Assembly: GCA_964016885.1 (NCBI GenBank)
Contig: OZ024740.1
Span: 306,404,001 to 306,468,000 of the forward strand
Reading direction: 5' to 3'
Length of the DNA: 64,000 nucleotides
DNA from: Eledone cirrhosa
Lineage: Eukaryota
The notes below the pieces were generated by a model. It was not told where the DNA came from. It saw only the letters and a list, made by a program, of their open reading frames with translations, and searched no databases. The position numbers and the translations under genes are program-made. This document shows, piece after piece, positions 62,706-64,000 of this stretch (the first letter of the stretch is position 1; each line of letters opens with the position of its first letter).

Positions 62706-63835
62706 ATAAATAGCTTAGAGTTTAGACTCAATGGGGTCATTTACAATCATTTCAGCTCTAAGAATCGCTTCTGAGCAGTATAAATTAATATTTGATGAAC
62801 ATTTACATGTTTTAGTTGCAATTGACTAATAAAATCGCTAGAGTGAAAATATCTTAATTCAACAACATAAAGTCTGCCTGTACGATCTAGAAAATAATAA
62901 ATCAATACTCACAGACTCATATGGGCAAAAAGTCTTGGTACCTAGACACGTTTAAAATTCAAAATACAAACTTTTTCTGCAGATCGGTCAGAACTTCAAA
63001 CTTCAAACATGTTTCACAAAGGATGGTATAATGGTAAAATAATTAACTAATTAGCAGTGAGTTAATCAACTTTTTCTGTGTTTATCAATAGGTACCCAGA
63101 TAAAATTAAATAACTCCACCTCAGAAAAATATCTAAGGTCTGGTTAGCGTAGCGAAAATACACGATGTTTTGCACACGGCTTATTCCAGTCCTCTAACGT
63201 CCCACACATAGTGCTAGAAATAACAGCCGTTTATATGGGATTACGAATTCAGCTCACCTGGGGGAGCAGTGATAAATAGCTTAGAGTTTAGACTCAATGG
63301 GGTCATTTACAATCATTTCAGCTCTAAGAATCGCTTCTGAGCAGTATAAATTAATATTTGATGAACATTTACATGTTTTAGTTGCAATTGACTAATAAAA
63401 TCGCTAGAGTGAAAATATCTTAATTCAACAACATAAAGTCTGCCTGTACGATCTAAAAAATAATAAATCAATACTCACAGACTCATATGGGCAAAAAGTC
63501 TTGGTACTTATTTAATTTTATCTGGGTACCTATTGATAAACACAGAAAAAGTTGATTAACTGACTGCTAATTAGTTAATTATTTTACCATTATACCATCC
63601 TTTGTGAAACATGTTTGAAGTTTGAAGTTCTGACCGATCTGCGGAAAAAGTTTGTATTTTGAATTTTAAACGTGTCTAGGTACCAAGGCTTTTTGCCCAT
63701 ATGAGTCTGTGAGTATTGATTTATTATTTTTTAGATCGTACAGGCAGACTTTATGTTGTTGAATTAAGATATTTTCACTCTAGCGATTTTATTAGTCAAT
63801 TGCAACTAAAACATGTAAATGTTCATCAAATATTA

Positions 63836-63840
<5 letters not shown>
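62706..63840. repeat. Direct plus inverted duplication mosaic (A-B-C-A-B'-A')
   Basis: 62706-62941 is repeated at 63272-63508; 62942-63113 is inverted at ~63508-63680; A is partly inverted at 63680-63840. Confidence 0.9.
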
Positions 63841-63882
<42 letters not shown>

Positions 63883-63898
63883 GATAAAACATTTCATT

Positions 63899-63969
63899 GA
63901 TTTACGAACGTTTCTATCAATACAGTAAGATGTTCCATTATTTTCCTCTGTACTGATTTCTTCAGAATC
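63899..63969 (-). ncRNA. Type I hammerhead ribozyme
   Basis: GATT CTGAAGA A ATCAGTACAG...CTGTATTGAT A GAAA CG-TT-CG TA AATC; 10-bp stem II; GUA site. Confidence 0.8.
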
Positions 63970-64000
63970 CAGTAAACAATATAAATAACATATTTACCAT

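Overview
Eukaryotic, AT-rich, microsatellite-dense genomic DNA. The repeat inventory suggests a coleoid cephalopod, probably Octopus (inference). The window is mostly intron or intergenic sequence filled with transposable elements. These include one apparently intact RTE-clade LINE (APE endonuclease + RT, with a PHD finger inserted inside the RT) and many 5'-truncated sisters sitting in (TA)n tracts, fragments of two other RTE families, and CRE-clade RLE fragments. There are also three tRNA-derived SINE families, a decayed mariner, several MITEs, Helitron helicase relics and Penelope-like (PLE) relics including a Naiad-type GIY-YIG ORF. One probable host coding exon lies at 26.9-27.85 kb. The most striking unannotated signal is a dense set of type I hammerhead-ribozyme cores from about ten unrelated sequence families between 23 and 64 kb. 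Many are followed by AATAAA, and four occur as outward-pointing inverted pairs. Other notable structures are tandem H-type pseudoknot units shared by the LINE and SINE 3' tails, a 27-bp NRF1-motif array, and two Helitron-like elements converging on one double-CTAG hairpin. All calls were made by eye; no folding or database search was run.
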